From assembly GCF_009834535.1 (NCBI RefSeq), contig NC_045697.1, positions 88,166,001-88,230,000 of the forward strand: 64,000 nt of DNA, in the 5' to 3' direction. This document shows positions 25,981 to 39,612 of the stretch, piece after piece. The number at the start of each line of letters is the position of its first letter. The first letter of the stretch is position 1. Made by a program: the position numbers and the translations under genes. The stretch is from Camelus ferus. Its lineage: Eukaryota. Under the pieces are notes generated by a model. It was given only the letters and a program-made list of their open reading frames with translations, was not told where the DNA came from and searched no databases.

Positions 25981-27659
25981 TTCTAGACTGTTTTGTCTTG
26001 AGCATATTTCACAGTGCTATTGAAGATTCTTTATGCAATTTCTCCATGTACCATAAAGAAGAGAAGAGTGGAGGTTCTACACGACAAATACTGGGACCAA
26101 CGAAAGCATGAGTGCATTTGGGAATCAGAAACAAAAGACACAGAGAGCTCCAGCACCTCACAGACATTTCCAAGTTATTGAACAGAGAATAAGAACATTC
26201 TGTAATGATTAATAAGTTCTTTAAAGCAAGAAGCCACCATCTTAGACTACATGTATAAACAAATTAGGATGCACAGTAGACTACAGGTATACTGTCTCAT
26301 ACTCTGAACTTCACTGACTAAAGTTTATCAACAGTTTAGACTTAGAAGGAATTAGAGGCAGATCGACACACATTATCTACTATTCATAGTTCATCGCATA
26401 TGACATCTAGTAAAATACAGGTCTTATTAGATAGTTTCTATTTAGCTAATTAGAAAGTTTCTATTTAGCTTATTATCACATTGTTTTTTTCTTTTTTTTA
26501 ATTCTCAGTTAAAGAGCCCCTTCAGATATTGTTAAACATACCCACTCAGTAAGCCATATCCTGTCAACCTAATACAAAAAGATTTTGAAGTCCAAAGTGA
26601 ACAAAATTGACAAATTTTTTTTAATTGTTCACTAAGGTTTCAAATTCCTTATTGTTTAACTTTATTTCACAACCCACCACTGTAATTACTTCCGTGGAAA
26701 CATCCTTTTTTACCCAACTTTCTGAAGGACTCATTTTAGAAAACCCTACTACAGTTAAACCCAACTCTTTGCTTACTGCACAACTGCACATGTTAAATAA
26801 CGGAATGTGGCTAGAAAAAATTTTGCATTTTGACTCCCTTCAAATTTAAGAGCAAAAGTTCAAAAGAACAATTGAAAAAGAGACCATCTACCTACCTAGA
26901 AAACTTACTTTCTTACTCTCTAAAACAACTAATTTTTACCATCTCTGGTAGATTAGGAAACCATATGAGAAGCCAACATGCACAGTATATACGGGATTGG
27001 ACTAAAGGCCTAGGCCATTTGTGGGTGAGCACATACTTAAGAGTGATGCTTAAGTACACAAGCTGCCTTTTGAAAAATCTTTATACATAGATAAACTCTG
27101 CTCTCAGGAAAATGCATGAACTACTAAAGAAGCATCTGTAGTTTTAAGGACCATGCCCACCAATTAGGCATAATAGAAGCATGAAAAATAAACAAACCAC
27201 ATTGTCTTGTAATGGAATCAATTTAATAGTTATAATTTCATACATAGGCAATACATTCTCTAAAAATGACCACAGTACTTGAAGAATTTTCCTGTAGGTC
27301 TTAGATAGTTGTTCTTTTTATAAGGTTGCATTTGCAGTTAAGCATTCTCTCCTATCTGCTTTTCTCCTTGCTTCCTGTTCCTCCATTTTTCTAACCCAGT
27401 CCAGAGGGTGGAGTCAAGCAGAGTTCCGAGTTACTACTTCATGGTTATGCTAAGATCCATCAGGCTCTTATCCAACAAATACCTGCTGGAACTTTGAAGA
27501 TGGAAGTAGTTTTCAGGCTCAGCATGCACCTGAGATGGCTTTCTTTGAAAGAGACTTTCTGGGTGATATAAAGAAGAAAAGAGAAAGGAGGGAAAGGAAA
27601 GGGAGACACCTGCATCTAAGCTCATAGAAACTTGACTCAGCCCAGCCTCTTGTGATTAC

Positions 27660-27905
27660 AGACAGGGGCTCTGGAGCTAGACTGCTTGTGTTTGAATCCT
27701 GGCTCTGGCACTTTTTTTGTAACTTTGTCAAATGAGTTTTACTTCTTTGGCCTCAATTTTCTTATCAGTAAAATGGGAATAATAATAGTTTTTTTTTCTT
27801 TCTTTCTTTCTGTAGACATGTTATCAGGATCAAAAATGATCCAGTATTTGTAAAGTGCTTAGAACAGTACCTGGTAAGTAGTTTGTACCACTTAACTGTT
27901 TGTTA
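27660..27905 (+). mobile_element. MIR SINE
   Basis: ggctctggagctagactgcttgtgtttgaatcctggctct...cctcaattttcttatcagtaaaatgggaataataatag...gtaaagtgcttagaacagtacctgg. Confidence 0.88.
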
Positions 27906-28559
27906 AATAAAACAAAAAATTTTTAGCAGTATAAAGTACACCCTACTGTGAATCATTATGCTTCTTATATAAGAGGTAGATAATAAGATAAGGTTCATCC
28001 AAAATCCTACGAAATTAGGATCAGTTAGAAACAATAAACATTGTTTTGTCCTTAGGTCCTAGAATAATACCTAGTAGATAGCAGGTGATCAGTGGATATT
28101 TGCTGCATGAATGGGTGTGACCCCAAGGCTTGGATCTGGGCTAAGCAGCTACCAGAAACACGATCATTCAGATAAAGTGACTGAAGTGCTATTGCATCTA
28201 GAAATGAAGTCCTGTAGACGGATGTTAGAACTGGGTAATTAGAACCTGTGCTACGGGCTTGTGTCTCAGGAGATTACCACATACCCAGACAGGCTCAGGA
28301 GATGGTGTAGATGGGAATTAAAGCTGGAAACCAGTCAGGACAGAATGAAGATTGGTGTTCAATGAGTGGTCAGCAAAACAAACACAAAATAATGTGGTCT
28401 CAGCGTTTATGGGGACTCGAAAGGTGATTTGTATGTGTTTCTCTTGTTCTTCAGGCTGGATCTACATGTCCAAAACAGTGGGCATGCCTCCTTGTCTTGA
28501 TTCTTTCCACATATGGGAAACACTCCTTCCCAAGGAAATATGCTTTATTGTAAATCATT

Positions 28560-29550
28560 TTAATCAGTAAAGCATTGTTTATTTTAACATGCTAAACCCT
28601 AACTCCGTATATTTCATTGATCCATTTTTCCTAGTCCTGCTCTCTGAAATTTCAAAATACAGCAAGTATCTTTCATATATTTGAAACTACAAGTATAGTT
28701 ATTTTGTTTCCCATGAATCCTCTCTCCTCTAGGCTGATCATTCTGTTTATTTGCAAGTTCTTCATTCAACGTGGTTTCTTTGCAGCCCCTTCACCTTTCC
28801 CATTAGTCTCTTCTTGATAGTTGTTAATGTCCTCAGCAAAATGTAGAACCTGAAACTGAAATTGTTAATGAGAATAAAACTAATGAAAAATGCAGAAAAC
28901 TTTGGGAGTGGTTATCTCTCTATATGTGGACCCTCTATATGTATTAACAAAAATCATCAATTTTTCTATAAATTTTCCTGTATAGTAAATATTTTAGGCT
29001 TTAAGGTCCATAAAGTTCTGTCACAATACTCAATTCTGTTGTTGCATGAAGGCAGCCACAGACCCTATGTAAATGAATGACCATGGCTGTGTTTCAATAA
29101 AACTTTATTCACAACAACAGACAGTGGGTTTTGATTGGCTAATTCCTGCGTTAGATATTCATATGCTTTCAGTCAGCTAAAACTCTTTGATTTTCTTCAC
29201 TTTCTGACTCTGAGCTATATAGATCTTCATGGTATACTGTAAAAGGACTTGATGTATATCCGTATATCCTGTACATCTAAATGTACCACAGTCATTTGGA
29301 TTCTGATTCTGTTAGTCATTCACAGCATGTGAAGGCTCCTCTTCTGTACATCGTGCTACTTGCTTATTAATTAGATGTGTCCTTTCTTCTTTTTAATGCA
29401 AATTATTGACAAAGTTGTTGAATGGGGCAGGGCCAAGAAAAGAATCTTCTGCAGTGAAACTCTGAGTCAATAGAAATCCATTAATAAACATTCTTTAGGG
29501 TATTTCTTCAGTCAGAATATTATGGGATAATTTTACCACCCTGCCCATAT
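28560..29550 (-). mobile_element. L3/CR1 LINE fragment, interrupted by MER58
   Basis: Reversed CR1-like motifs (tcttctc/cctctaggctga, attattgacaaagttgttgaatggggcagggccaaga, ccattaataaacattcttt). Confidence 0.6.
28948..29148 (+). mobile_element. MER58A-like hAT-Charlie MITE
   Basis: atagtaaatattttaggcttt...ggcagccacagac...ggctgtgtttcaataaaactttattcac...cctg. Confidence 0.85.
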
Positions 29551-31417
29551 TTTCACATCATAATAACTCTACCAAAGGATCTAAATTTTTCTTTGTAACC
29601 TAGTATGAAGTTTCTTACTAGTCAGGTACGTAAGTTTTTCAGTTTTCCCCGCCAATTTAAAGCAAAACTAAGTGCAGTGTTTGAAATTTCAAGTCAAACT
29701 GCAGCTTATACAATGAATGAGTTTCTAATAAGTATTTAGAACTGGAATACATTGTCTCAGAAGGAAATGGGGTTTCCGGCCATTGAATGTATTCAGAAGA
29801 TGAAAGATAAAATTTGAGGATGACTTAGAGAGATTCATATATCAAATAAATAGTGGAATAGATGACAAATAAAATCATGTCTACCTCTGTAAATCTAAAA
29901 GCTTGTTCGGCCAAATAGTTATCAAGGATTTAGCAAGGGAACAGCCTCTTGGCACTCTGCTGGTATCTTCTAGCTGGAAGGGAGGTTAAGTACACAGCAG
30001 ACAGCTTCAGCTCGTACCTCACTCTCATTATCAATGCCTTCTTATCTGCACCTCCTCAGATTGTACTGGCAGTGGCCGTGAAAGACAGGATATAGAATGA
30101 GATTGAATTTCTGACAGTCTGAAAGTAATGAAATATTTATTTCTACCCAAGAAAAGAGGAAATGGAACGATTCTTTTACTACCCTTATTAGGAATCTAGC
30201 CACTTGAAATATGCCTTTTGCCTAAATAGGGCCAGTCCACAAAGGACACCAGCTTTCCCTCTCTCTACTTCATTTAGAGTATTTCCCTGGTCGTAGTTTG
30301 TTTCAAGGATATTGTGCTATTTGAAATAATAGCACTATTGTCTGAATTGTGTGTAACATTTTGAGCTAAGAGAATGGACTGAGATAAATCTTTCATTAAG
30401 TTGTAAAAGTTTGGCTTATGATTATGTATAAGAAGCTAACATACACAATTACTTCTCAAAGCTATTTTCATCAAAATCCACTCACTGAGTGAAAAGAGCT
30501 TCTTCTAAAAGCAAAATAAACAAAAAATATATAAATCATTATGGATGCCCTGAAATTATGATGACATTCAAAAGTAACAGAGTAACATGATTAAAATAGT
30601 CATGAATATAGTTTTATTAGAATTTCTAAGCAAAAGTATTCTGCTTGATTGCTTATTTGTTTAATTCATGTAATATGCTACACAGTTGGTAGCATATCTT
30701 CTGCAAGTAGTTTATCATCCATGAAAAATCATAGTGTACATTTCCTGATGAGAAAATGTTTTTTACTTTTTCTTTAGTATTTCCTCCTCCTCCCACCTCC
30801 CACCTGAAGTCCTTATACCAAAGTGTTTCAATGTTACTACACATCAGAGAAGTCATCATTCATAAAGCTCATGTGTAGAGTTTGGAGTTTCAAGGTTATT
30901 ATAATAACAATCATAGAGTGTAAACGAGAGAAAGCAAAGCAGAGTAAGACTATATAACTTCTTTATTAACTTTGCCGTGTCTTGAATGACCAGAACATCA
31001 CAATTTCTTCCTAAGAATGGTGAACCTGATTCCATGAGGTTCTTTGAGAACCTGATTCTGATTCCATTTATCATTCGTGGTACATTCAGAACAACATTGC
31101 TCTACTTCGGGAAAACAGTTTCTCTCTGGCTCTAATTAAATGGCCCAGGTGGAGGCTGCCAGGCACAGTTTCACTCCTACTTCCATCCACATCCAAAGGA
31201 CCACACCCTCGTGGTTGTGTAAGACAAGGGTAGATGATCCAGATTACATTAATCTGAATACATTCTAGGACTTTATGAATTAGGAGCTAGCTCTTCAAAA
31301 AGATACATGAGGTCAGAACTGGGAGCCATGAATGATACTGAGTGGAAAAGGGTATGGGTTAAGATGCTCTTGGTTGCAATCCAGAGGGGAAAAACCAACT
31401 CAAATTCTTATACATAA

Positions 31418-34400
31418 GGTGGCAGCTGGGAGGTGACATCAGTGGGGAGGACAGAGTAAGAATCTCCAAGTATTCTTTGCTTAATAAAAGCAATAAGAAC
31501 ACTGGCAAAAAAAAATTTTAAGTCAACTTTTCTTTTTTAGAACTGTGAGAATTAACCAAAAGCTTGCAACAATCTGGGGAGTATTTATTTTGGAAAAATG
31601 CCTGAATTTCAGTAACAGCAGTGAGTCTTGCGACACTTTAGTCTGCCCTGTTCCCAGCTCTGTCTCCCAAATTCCATGGTCGCCTTGAAAACCAACAATC
31701 CCACTATCATGGTGATAACCAGCAATCTAGCAGCCACTAGAAGGGGCAGGATGGGGCTAGAGCTCCCTCAAAGGCCTGTTCCCAGATAACAGTCATTATT
31801 CGATTTATCTGAAAGTTTCCTGGAAAATCCCATCCCAAAGCTTGCCTTCATTTAATCAGAATCGGAGTTCATCCAGTGTGAACAATGTTTTTCCTGGGAG
31901 CACTTGAGGAAGCTAATCAGCAGCAATTGTTCTGATGTTGGCAATAACAGTTGGAGCAAATGACAAGGTGATCAAAAAACTTAAAAAAAAAAAAAGCTGG
32001 AAAATGAAGTGTGTATAGGGAGCTTTTAAAAGCTCCAAAATGTTCCTGAGAATCTAAAAGGTTGTGTGTGCCTAGGTCTGGGTGCATTCCCAGGAGAGAT
32101 GAAGAAGGCTCTGGCTGACCTTGAGGCTCTGCATGAGCAGGAAATAAAGACTAAGGTAAAGTTGTAAACTGCTGTCTGAACCTTGAAGGCATGCCTCCAT
32201 GTACGTACAGAGCCACTCAGCAAAATGGAAAATTTATTGATTTGAGGAATTTAAGGAAATGTGTCTCTAATCATTAGGTGACCACTAAATTGACCATCCA
32301 AGGATTTCAGAAGCTACATACAACAAAGAATACCAATGTAAGTCACCAAATAGTCACAACAATAAGCAGCCACAACAACAAACCCTGCAGATGGAAGTGA
32401 ATCTGTGTTATTTAAAATGTCCGAATTTCAAACAGAAATCATAAGACATAGAAAGAAACCAAGTATGGACTCTACACAAGAAAAATAAGTGACAAGTCAA
32501 TTGAAACTATACGAAAGGAAACCAAGACATTGGATCTGCTGAATAAAGATTTTAAATCATTATTTTAAACATGTTCAAGAAACCAAAGATAACCATGTTT
32601 AAAGAATTAAAGGAACATATGGGAACAATGTCTCATCAAATTGAGAATATAAATAAACAAATAGCAATCTTAAAGATAGGTCCATTGAGATTATCCAGTT
32701 TGAGTGTCATAGTCCATTAAAGCTGCTGTTTAAAACATACACACACACACACACTCACACATACAGATTGAGTAGCTTATAAACAACAAAAATTTATTTC
32801 TCACAGTTCTGGATGCTGGAAGTCTGAGATCAAGGTCCCAGCATGGTCAGGGGAAGACCCTCTTCCCAGCTGCAGGCTTCTCATTGTATCCTCATAGGGC
32901 AGAAGAGGCTAAGCAGATCTGTGGAGTTGCTTTTATAAGAGCACCAATCCCATTCGTCAGGGCTCCACCCGCATGACCCAGGCACCTCGCAAAGGCCCTA
33001 GCTGCTAATATGATCACATTGGATACTAGGATTTCAACATATGAATTTTGAAGTTATAAACATTTAAGCTATAGCATAGAGAAACAGCACAATCAGAACT
33101 GTACATTAGAAAAATATATTTAACACAACATAATATAGTAAAGGAAAAATATAGGATAAAAATAGATATATAAAAAACAAATAGCAAAAGGGACACACAT
33201 AAATTCTACGTTATCAGTAATTACATTAAATATTAAAATCTCTAACCAAAGGCAGAAATTGGCAGAATAGGTTAAAAATAACATTGTTCAACTATATGCT
33301 GTCTGTGAGAGATACACTTTAAATTTGAGACAGAAATAGGTTAAAAATAAAAGGATAGAAAAAAATATACCATGCAAACAGTAACTAAAAGAGAGCTGGA
33401 GTGGCTATACTAATCTCAGACCAAACAGACTTCATGATAAATTGTTATTAGAAACAAAGATCGGTATTTTGTAATAATAAAATAGTCAATCCATCAAGAA
33501 GACATAACTGTTATAAAAATAAATGCACCTGACAAGAAAGGCCAAAAAAAACATGAAACAAAAACTGATAGAACTGAGCAGAGAAACAGGCAATTCAGCA
33601 ACAGTAGTTGGAAACATCAGTACTATACTTTCATAATTGATGGAATGACTAGACAGAAGTTTAGCAAAGAAATAAGAGATTTTAATAACACAATAAACCA
33701 ACTAGACCTACAGAGCCGTCTAAAGAACAGTCTGCCCAATAACAGCAGAATGCATATTCTTCTCAAATGCGCATGGAACATTTGCAAACCATCTATCTGA
33801 TAAGGAACTCATCTCATACGTAAATATTGATAGAACTCAATAACAGAAATACAAATAAGTCAATACAAATGTACAAAGAATAAGAACAGTTATTTCTCCA
33901 AAGAAGATATGCGGTGGCCGGTAAGCACATGAGTAAAAGCTCAACATCATTAGCCATAGGGAAATGCAAATCAAAATCACAATGAGATGCCATTTCACAG
34001 CCACTAGGATAGCTAGAATCAAAAAGATGGACAGTAACAGATGTTAGTAAGGATGTGGAAAAATTAGAACCCTCATGCATTGCCAATGGGAATGTAAAAT
34101 AGTGCAGCAGATTTGGAAAACACTTTGGCAATTCCTCAGAAGTTAAACATAAAGTTAATACGTGATCCAGCAGTTTGACTTCTTGGTATGTACTCAAAAG
34201 AAATAAAAACATGTCCATTTAAATGCTTGTACACAAGTATTCATAGCAATATTATTCATAATACCCCCCCCAAATCCTCAAATGTTTGTCAACTAATAGA
34301 TGGCTAAACAAAAGTACAAAGGATAGAATATGATTTAGCCATAAAAAAAAATGAAGTATTGGTCCATGCTGCAATATGGATGAAAACATTATGCTAAGTT

Positions 34401-34700
34401 AAAGATACCAGACACAAAAGATCTCATGTTGTATGATTCCATTTATATGAAAGTTCCAGAATAGGAAAATCCATAGAGACAGAAAATAGATTAGTGATTT
34501 CCAGGACCTGAGGAAAGCAGGGACAGGAGAATGCCTGCTAATGCGTAAAAGACTTCTTTTAGAGGGATCTAATGTTCTGAGACTGTCAGTGGTAATGGTT
34601 GCAGAACTTTGTGGGTATACTAAAAAGCACTGAATTTTACACTTTAAAAGGTGATTTTTTGGGTATGTGAATTATATCTCACTTTTAAAAAAGAAAAAAC
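31418..34700 (+). mobile_element. Ancient L1 (L1M4-type 5' end, L1MB-type 3' end) with both termini and internal deletions
   Basis: 5'UTR, partial ORF1 (~32450-32700), ORF2 endonuclease remnant (~33190-33780), ORF2 C-terminal remnant, 3'UTR and A-tail. Degenerate TSD aattcttatacataa (31403-31417) / aatcttatatgtaa (34701-34714). Confidence 0.85.
32705..33076 (-). mobile_element. MaLR solo LTR, MLT1A-like, nested in the L1
   Basis: TG...CA ends, the diagnostic aaatttatttctcacagttctgg motif, and a 5-bp TSD ttgag/tagag. Contains a short (CA)n expansion. Confidence 0.9.
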
Positions 34701-36225
34701 AATCTTATATGTAAAAGGCCAATGGTACAGGAGGCTAATATCAGTCTGAGGCTCTCTATGTTGTCAAGTTCATAAATTTGAATCTGGAGTAGGATTAGCA
34801 TCTCCAGAACCACACAGATTGTCAAGGAAATCTGGAGGAAGGTGGCATGCTGGTGAAAACAAGGCACTAAGAGACTGGAGAGGACTTGCAATTTGAAATA
34901 GAGAAAGGGAGGAAATCTGAGACTGAGACTGGGTTCAGCTATTGCATTCTTTTTCATGGTTTAGTTATCAGAGCCAATAAAGTCTTTTTTTTTTTTTTTT
35001 TTCCCTTAAGCCACTGGATTGGATTTCTGTCACTTGCTAGTAAAACTCTGAAATAATAGCTGTATTTAAAGAAAAACACTACTCAAAATGGCTTAAACCA
35101 TTATAACACTAAAAATAAGAGTATATTGCATGGCGATGAGTGAAAGTGAAGATACAAGAGTGTTTTATTTCAGTATCACCAGCCAGAAAGTTGTTAATGG
35201 ATAATTTAAGCCCAAATCTTTAATATGATGGTTCTGAAACTCGAATAAAAAATCTTGATAGGATCAAAGCTCAGAATGTTCAGGAAGAATATGACTGAGA
35301 ATTATCAAGCCTGATTGTCATAAGCAACTGGTGCTTGACTAATCTCTGTGTTGAAGTCAGTGAGCAAACTCTTATATTACTGCTACTGAATTATTTTCCA
35401 GGCCACAGAATTCCCAAATAGTAGATTTTTCCCATATATAAATATGGCTTCTATTTCAGTTTTATGAGAAATGAAGTTTTATTTTCCACTGACTATTACT
35501 TTCTTTACTAAATGATTTCACTTGGCAGAATTTTTTTAAATATTCAGGTATTTTTGCTATTAAGAAAATCAGTTAACCTAGTGAAATAATGCTAGGAATT
35601 TTCATGGCATTTCCTTAAATAGTATACTTAGGAGGTCATGGTTATCAAATTGATTATTTTAGTATCTATTAAATTGTGCCTGAGGAATGAATTTAAATTA
35701 GTTACTTTCAGAATAATCCCTTTTATGCCACATAGGTACAATTAATTTTAAAGGATAAAATTATTGATTTGAGTTTTATACCCCTACCCTCCAAGAGGGA
35801 TTCAGTAATATCCTAAACTGGCCTGATTAATTTTCTAGTAATAAATAGATATTTAATAACTTCCTATCCCTAAACAAATAAATAACAAATGCAAGAGATG
35901 AGCAAATTATCTTAGTTGACTAAAGAAAATGCACAGTGTACACAACTGCTAACTTAATTCTAAGTGATATCTAGAATAAGTAATCACTGATAAATGAATA
36001 GGTTAATGCATGTATTCACAGACACACACAGAACAGAAGCAGATTTCTTGTTGATAAACATTTTAATGAATTATGGAAGTTCTATAAAAGAGGACTGTCA
36101 TCAAAAATTATCTGGATTAACTGGAGATCAAAATACAATTTTCTAATAAAATATCTACATGAGTGTTTGAGGGTCAGAGACATACAGAGACACAGAGAGA
36201 CAGAGGAAGAGATAAGAGAGATGTA

Positions 36226-36574
36226 CAGTCAGCCCTCCATATATACTGATTCTGCATTTTTGGATTCAACCAATCATTGTGGATCAAAAATATTAGGAAA
36301 AAAAATTCCAGAAAGTTCCAAGAAGCAAAACTTGAATCTTATGTGTGCTGGCAACTGCTTATGTAGCATTTCCATTGTATTTACAACTATTTACATAGCA
36401 TTTACACTATATTAGGTGTTTATAAATTACACTAAAGATGATTTAAAGTATATAGGAGGATACAGGATACATGTAAATACTATGCCATTTTATATAAGGG
36501 ACTTAAGCATCCATGAATTTTGATATTGGAGGAGGGTCCTGGGACCAATATCCCATGGATACTGAGAGTGACTG
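36226..36574 (-). mobile_element. MER2B-like TcMar-Tigger MITE
   Basis: Inverted termini cagtcagccctc...gagagtgactg with TA on both sides (36224-36225, 36575-36576). Internal gcaaaacttgaa and gccattttatataagggactt motifs. Confidence 0.9.
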
Positions 36575-37937
36575 TATTTTGAGAAATAAGGCTTTCACCC
36601 TAAGCTCTATGGGATCTAAATTACAGGATTCCTGGATGGCAGCATGGAGTTGTGGATAATAACAGTCTGACAATACTTGCTATACTAAAAGTACAACAGA
36701 TCCTTCACTTTTTGTAGGCAGAATATACTGCAATTTGGGGTAAATATATTATTTTATTTTTAGAAACAGATTTGAACTTTCCTCCTAAAGTAAAGTCACA
36801 CAGAGAATACAATTCATCCAATATACAGGTAGCAATTGCCTACTGTGTCCCTTATAAAATAATTGATTGTTATCTCAGGAGTTCTGTTCCTATGTAATCT
36901 ATGCATATTGACTGATTCCTACTGATTATTTAGCATTTGCCCAACTTTTGTGAAATTGACTGGACCAGTCCTCTGGTCAGTTGGAGTCAGTCTTTAACAC
37001 GTAGAATATTTCTATATAGTTGGGTTTTGACAGGAAATAGGTTTAATGTATATATTGTGTATATTTTGGCTCCATAGTGAGATTGTGCACCCAAGATTTC
37101 TGATAGTTGGGCTGACTATGTGGTAGGTCCATGGTAGGCCTAATGCAGCAGTAAAAAATTAAAGGTTGCCTGTAACATAGAAAAATTGCCTTACATATTG
37201 GTAAGAAGAGTGCTGAGTGCTAAGATGGCCCCTGTCCCAACCTAATGGATGAAACACCTTCATTTCTTGGCTCTTATCACTGGGCAGGATTCATTATACC
37301 TTTGAGCTGCCAACTCCTAAACCATGCGCTAGTCTCCTTAGGAAATGGAGGGTGGCCTTACAGAGCCATTTCAAGTCAGTTATTTGTATTCTTATTTCAT
37401 GAAATCTTTGCACTACTTGTTTGCTCCTTCAGTGGTCAACTGAAATGAGACACTGCTGAAGCCAGTCAAAATTAACATTCCTGCCAATCTTCAAATCCAG
37501 TCCAGCAGTTTGTGGTCTAACTCAGCTCATTTGCTGTTCCACAAAGTAAGTAGGATTGGTGAAAATCATTTTGTAGTCCCACGGTATTTATCACAGTGAA
37601 GTTCAGATAAACAATCCCAGGCTATATTAAGGACAATAATCGTTTAAATCTAAATAGTCTTTGATGGAGCAAACAAGTCATGTAGGGAAAAGAACAGGGA
37701 CATCTAAGAAGTCTTTAGTGTACTAAGTGTGACTACTAGTGAAAGTCAGTTTTGGAGCTCTAACATCAATAAAGTGATTTAATGAAAGACTACAAAAGAA
37801 GTAAGGCCAACATTGTCTCAGTTTTGCTCCTGTGATTTAATAGGCATGGACATATTCATAGAACATCTAAATCCCTCAGATTATCAACTACTTAATGCAT
37901 AGGGGGATGGGGTGGTTAAGGACTCCTACTCTGTGGA

Positions 37938-38011
37938 TTTTTATACATAGGCATAGGATATTTGTACATGGGTATAGACTATTTATACGTAAGTATAGAG
38001 TATTTATACAG
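37938..38011. repeat. Degenerate 21-bp minisatellite, about 3.5 units
   Basis: tttttatacataggcatagga / tatttgtacatgggtatagac / tatttatacgtaagtatagag / tatttatacag. Confidence 0.8.
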
Positions 38012-38408
38012 AGGGCCTCGATTAAGCCACAAAACAAATCTTAGATGTCCTCCCAAATCAACAATTTGGTAACAAGTTAAATATTTTAACTCATCTAATG
38101 TATTATATATCAAATATTTTCTCATCAAAGTTAGCGTAGATATACATGGAGTAGAAGATGAAATTTATTTGAATTTTAGAGATAAAACACATAATTTCAA
38201 AGAAATTCCAGACATTCAGAGAGCAGTTTGCCTGTGCTTCACAATATCTACTCTCACTTTGATGACTTTAGAGATACATCAATGAAATGTTTAAGAGGCA
38301 TTAATACAGGGTTTAAAAAGTAATATTATCAAAGAGTAATTAGTAAATACTTCTGTTGCTAGTTAGAGAGACCAGAGAAGAATTTATCCCACTTAGTAAA
38401 ATATACAT

Positions 38409-38792
38409 TGTAGTAAATGCAGTAGGTGCCCCACCCAGATGTTCTTCACTTGGACGGTAAACACCCTGCCCAGCTCTTGTAATTATTGACTACTAATAGC
38501 TCACAGATGCCTCCTATTGTAGACCATCGCTCTCCACCAACAGAAGCCACCTTGGAATGTTACAGCAGCTCCCAGGCGATGGCTGAATGCTAAGGCAGAA
38601 CCAACTCTGTGGTGGGACTCATCTTCCGGGATTGCCTCCGCAGGGCTCAGCCTGAAGCGGGACTCCAGCTGAGACCAAATCTGTGCCGTATCCTGCTGCC
38701 CTCATTCTCTTCCTCCTGAGATGATTCCCTCAGTAAATCACTTGCACAAGAATCCTGTTCAGGCTGTACTTCCAGAGAACCAATTGTAGTCA
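38409..38792 (+). mobile_element. ERVL solo LTR, LTR16-like
   Basis: tgtagtaaatgcagtaggtgccccacccagat start and ccctcagtaaatcacttgcacaagaatcc...cttccagagaacc...ca end. Confidence 0.78.
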
Positions 38793-39304
38793 TCATATTT
38801 CTGTTTGTCTCCACACCACCTCTCCCAATAATAATGTGAAATGCTTAAAATATCTGTAGTTGGTCCTTATTCTGCCCAGCCAGTGCTTTCTGTGCTTTTG
38901 ACTTTCTCCTCAGTTGCATCCTTCTGACTCCTTTTCCCCAGGAAATTGTCGAGATTTTTACAGTTTATCACCCTGCCTTTGACTGGATTTTCCATTCTCT
39001 TTGGATTGGGATTCAGAGGGACATTATCCTCGTGAGTCTGGAAAGGAGCTTTAAAGATAACTTCAGGCAGATGAGTGCATAAACACATGGAAAGTCAGCC
39101 CATTTCAGTGTTTTATCATCCTTAAAATTAGCATTTTTATCTTCATATCCAGTTAAAATTTACCCTTCTTTACTTCATGCCTATGTCTTGGTTTTGGATC
39201 TGGTCTTTTGTGGACATAAAGAATAACTCCTTAGTAAGTTCCTCGTAAACAAAGACTGCTCACATCATCTAAGACAGCCACAGCTGACCCACTAGATCTG
39301 TGTC

Positions 39305-39612
39305 TAGGTTATTTTGCCCAAGGCCAGTTTTTTAAAAGCACTTCACCAAACCAGCAATCCTCCAAATGACCAATTTGACAAAATATTTGTACCTTTAACT
39401 ATTTGGTTTTAATTAGCTAGTTCTTATTTGGTTGTCAAGACAGGCCCAGGAGCCCAAACAAATACAGTATTTCTTATACTATTATTATGAGGCAACGATG
39501 CAAAACTAGTCAAATAAAATTAAATGCTAAGAAGGAACAAGTAAATTCTGCAAATTGGTCATTCCAAGGATTGCATTTGGTTTCCAGGAAATTGTTGGCT
39601 ACTTGGCTTACA
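39305..39612. mobile_element. Ancient palindromic element, possibly a MER135-type MITE
   Basis: Imperfect inverted arms at 39348-39436 and 39491-39583 sharing the core aatgaccaatttg/caaattggtcatt. The family name is from memory only. Confidence 0.55.

Noticed and set aside
33814..34218. Longest ORF in the track (134 aa, minus strand)
   Set aside because: It is antisense to a decayed L1 ORF2 end, a common spurious ORF type.
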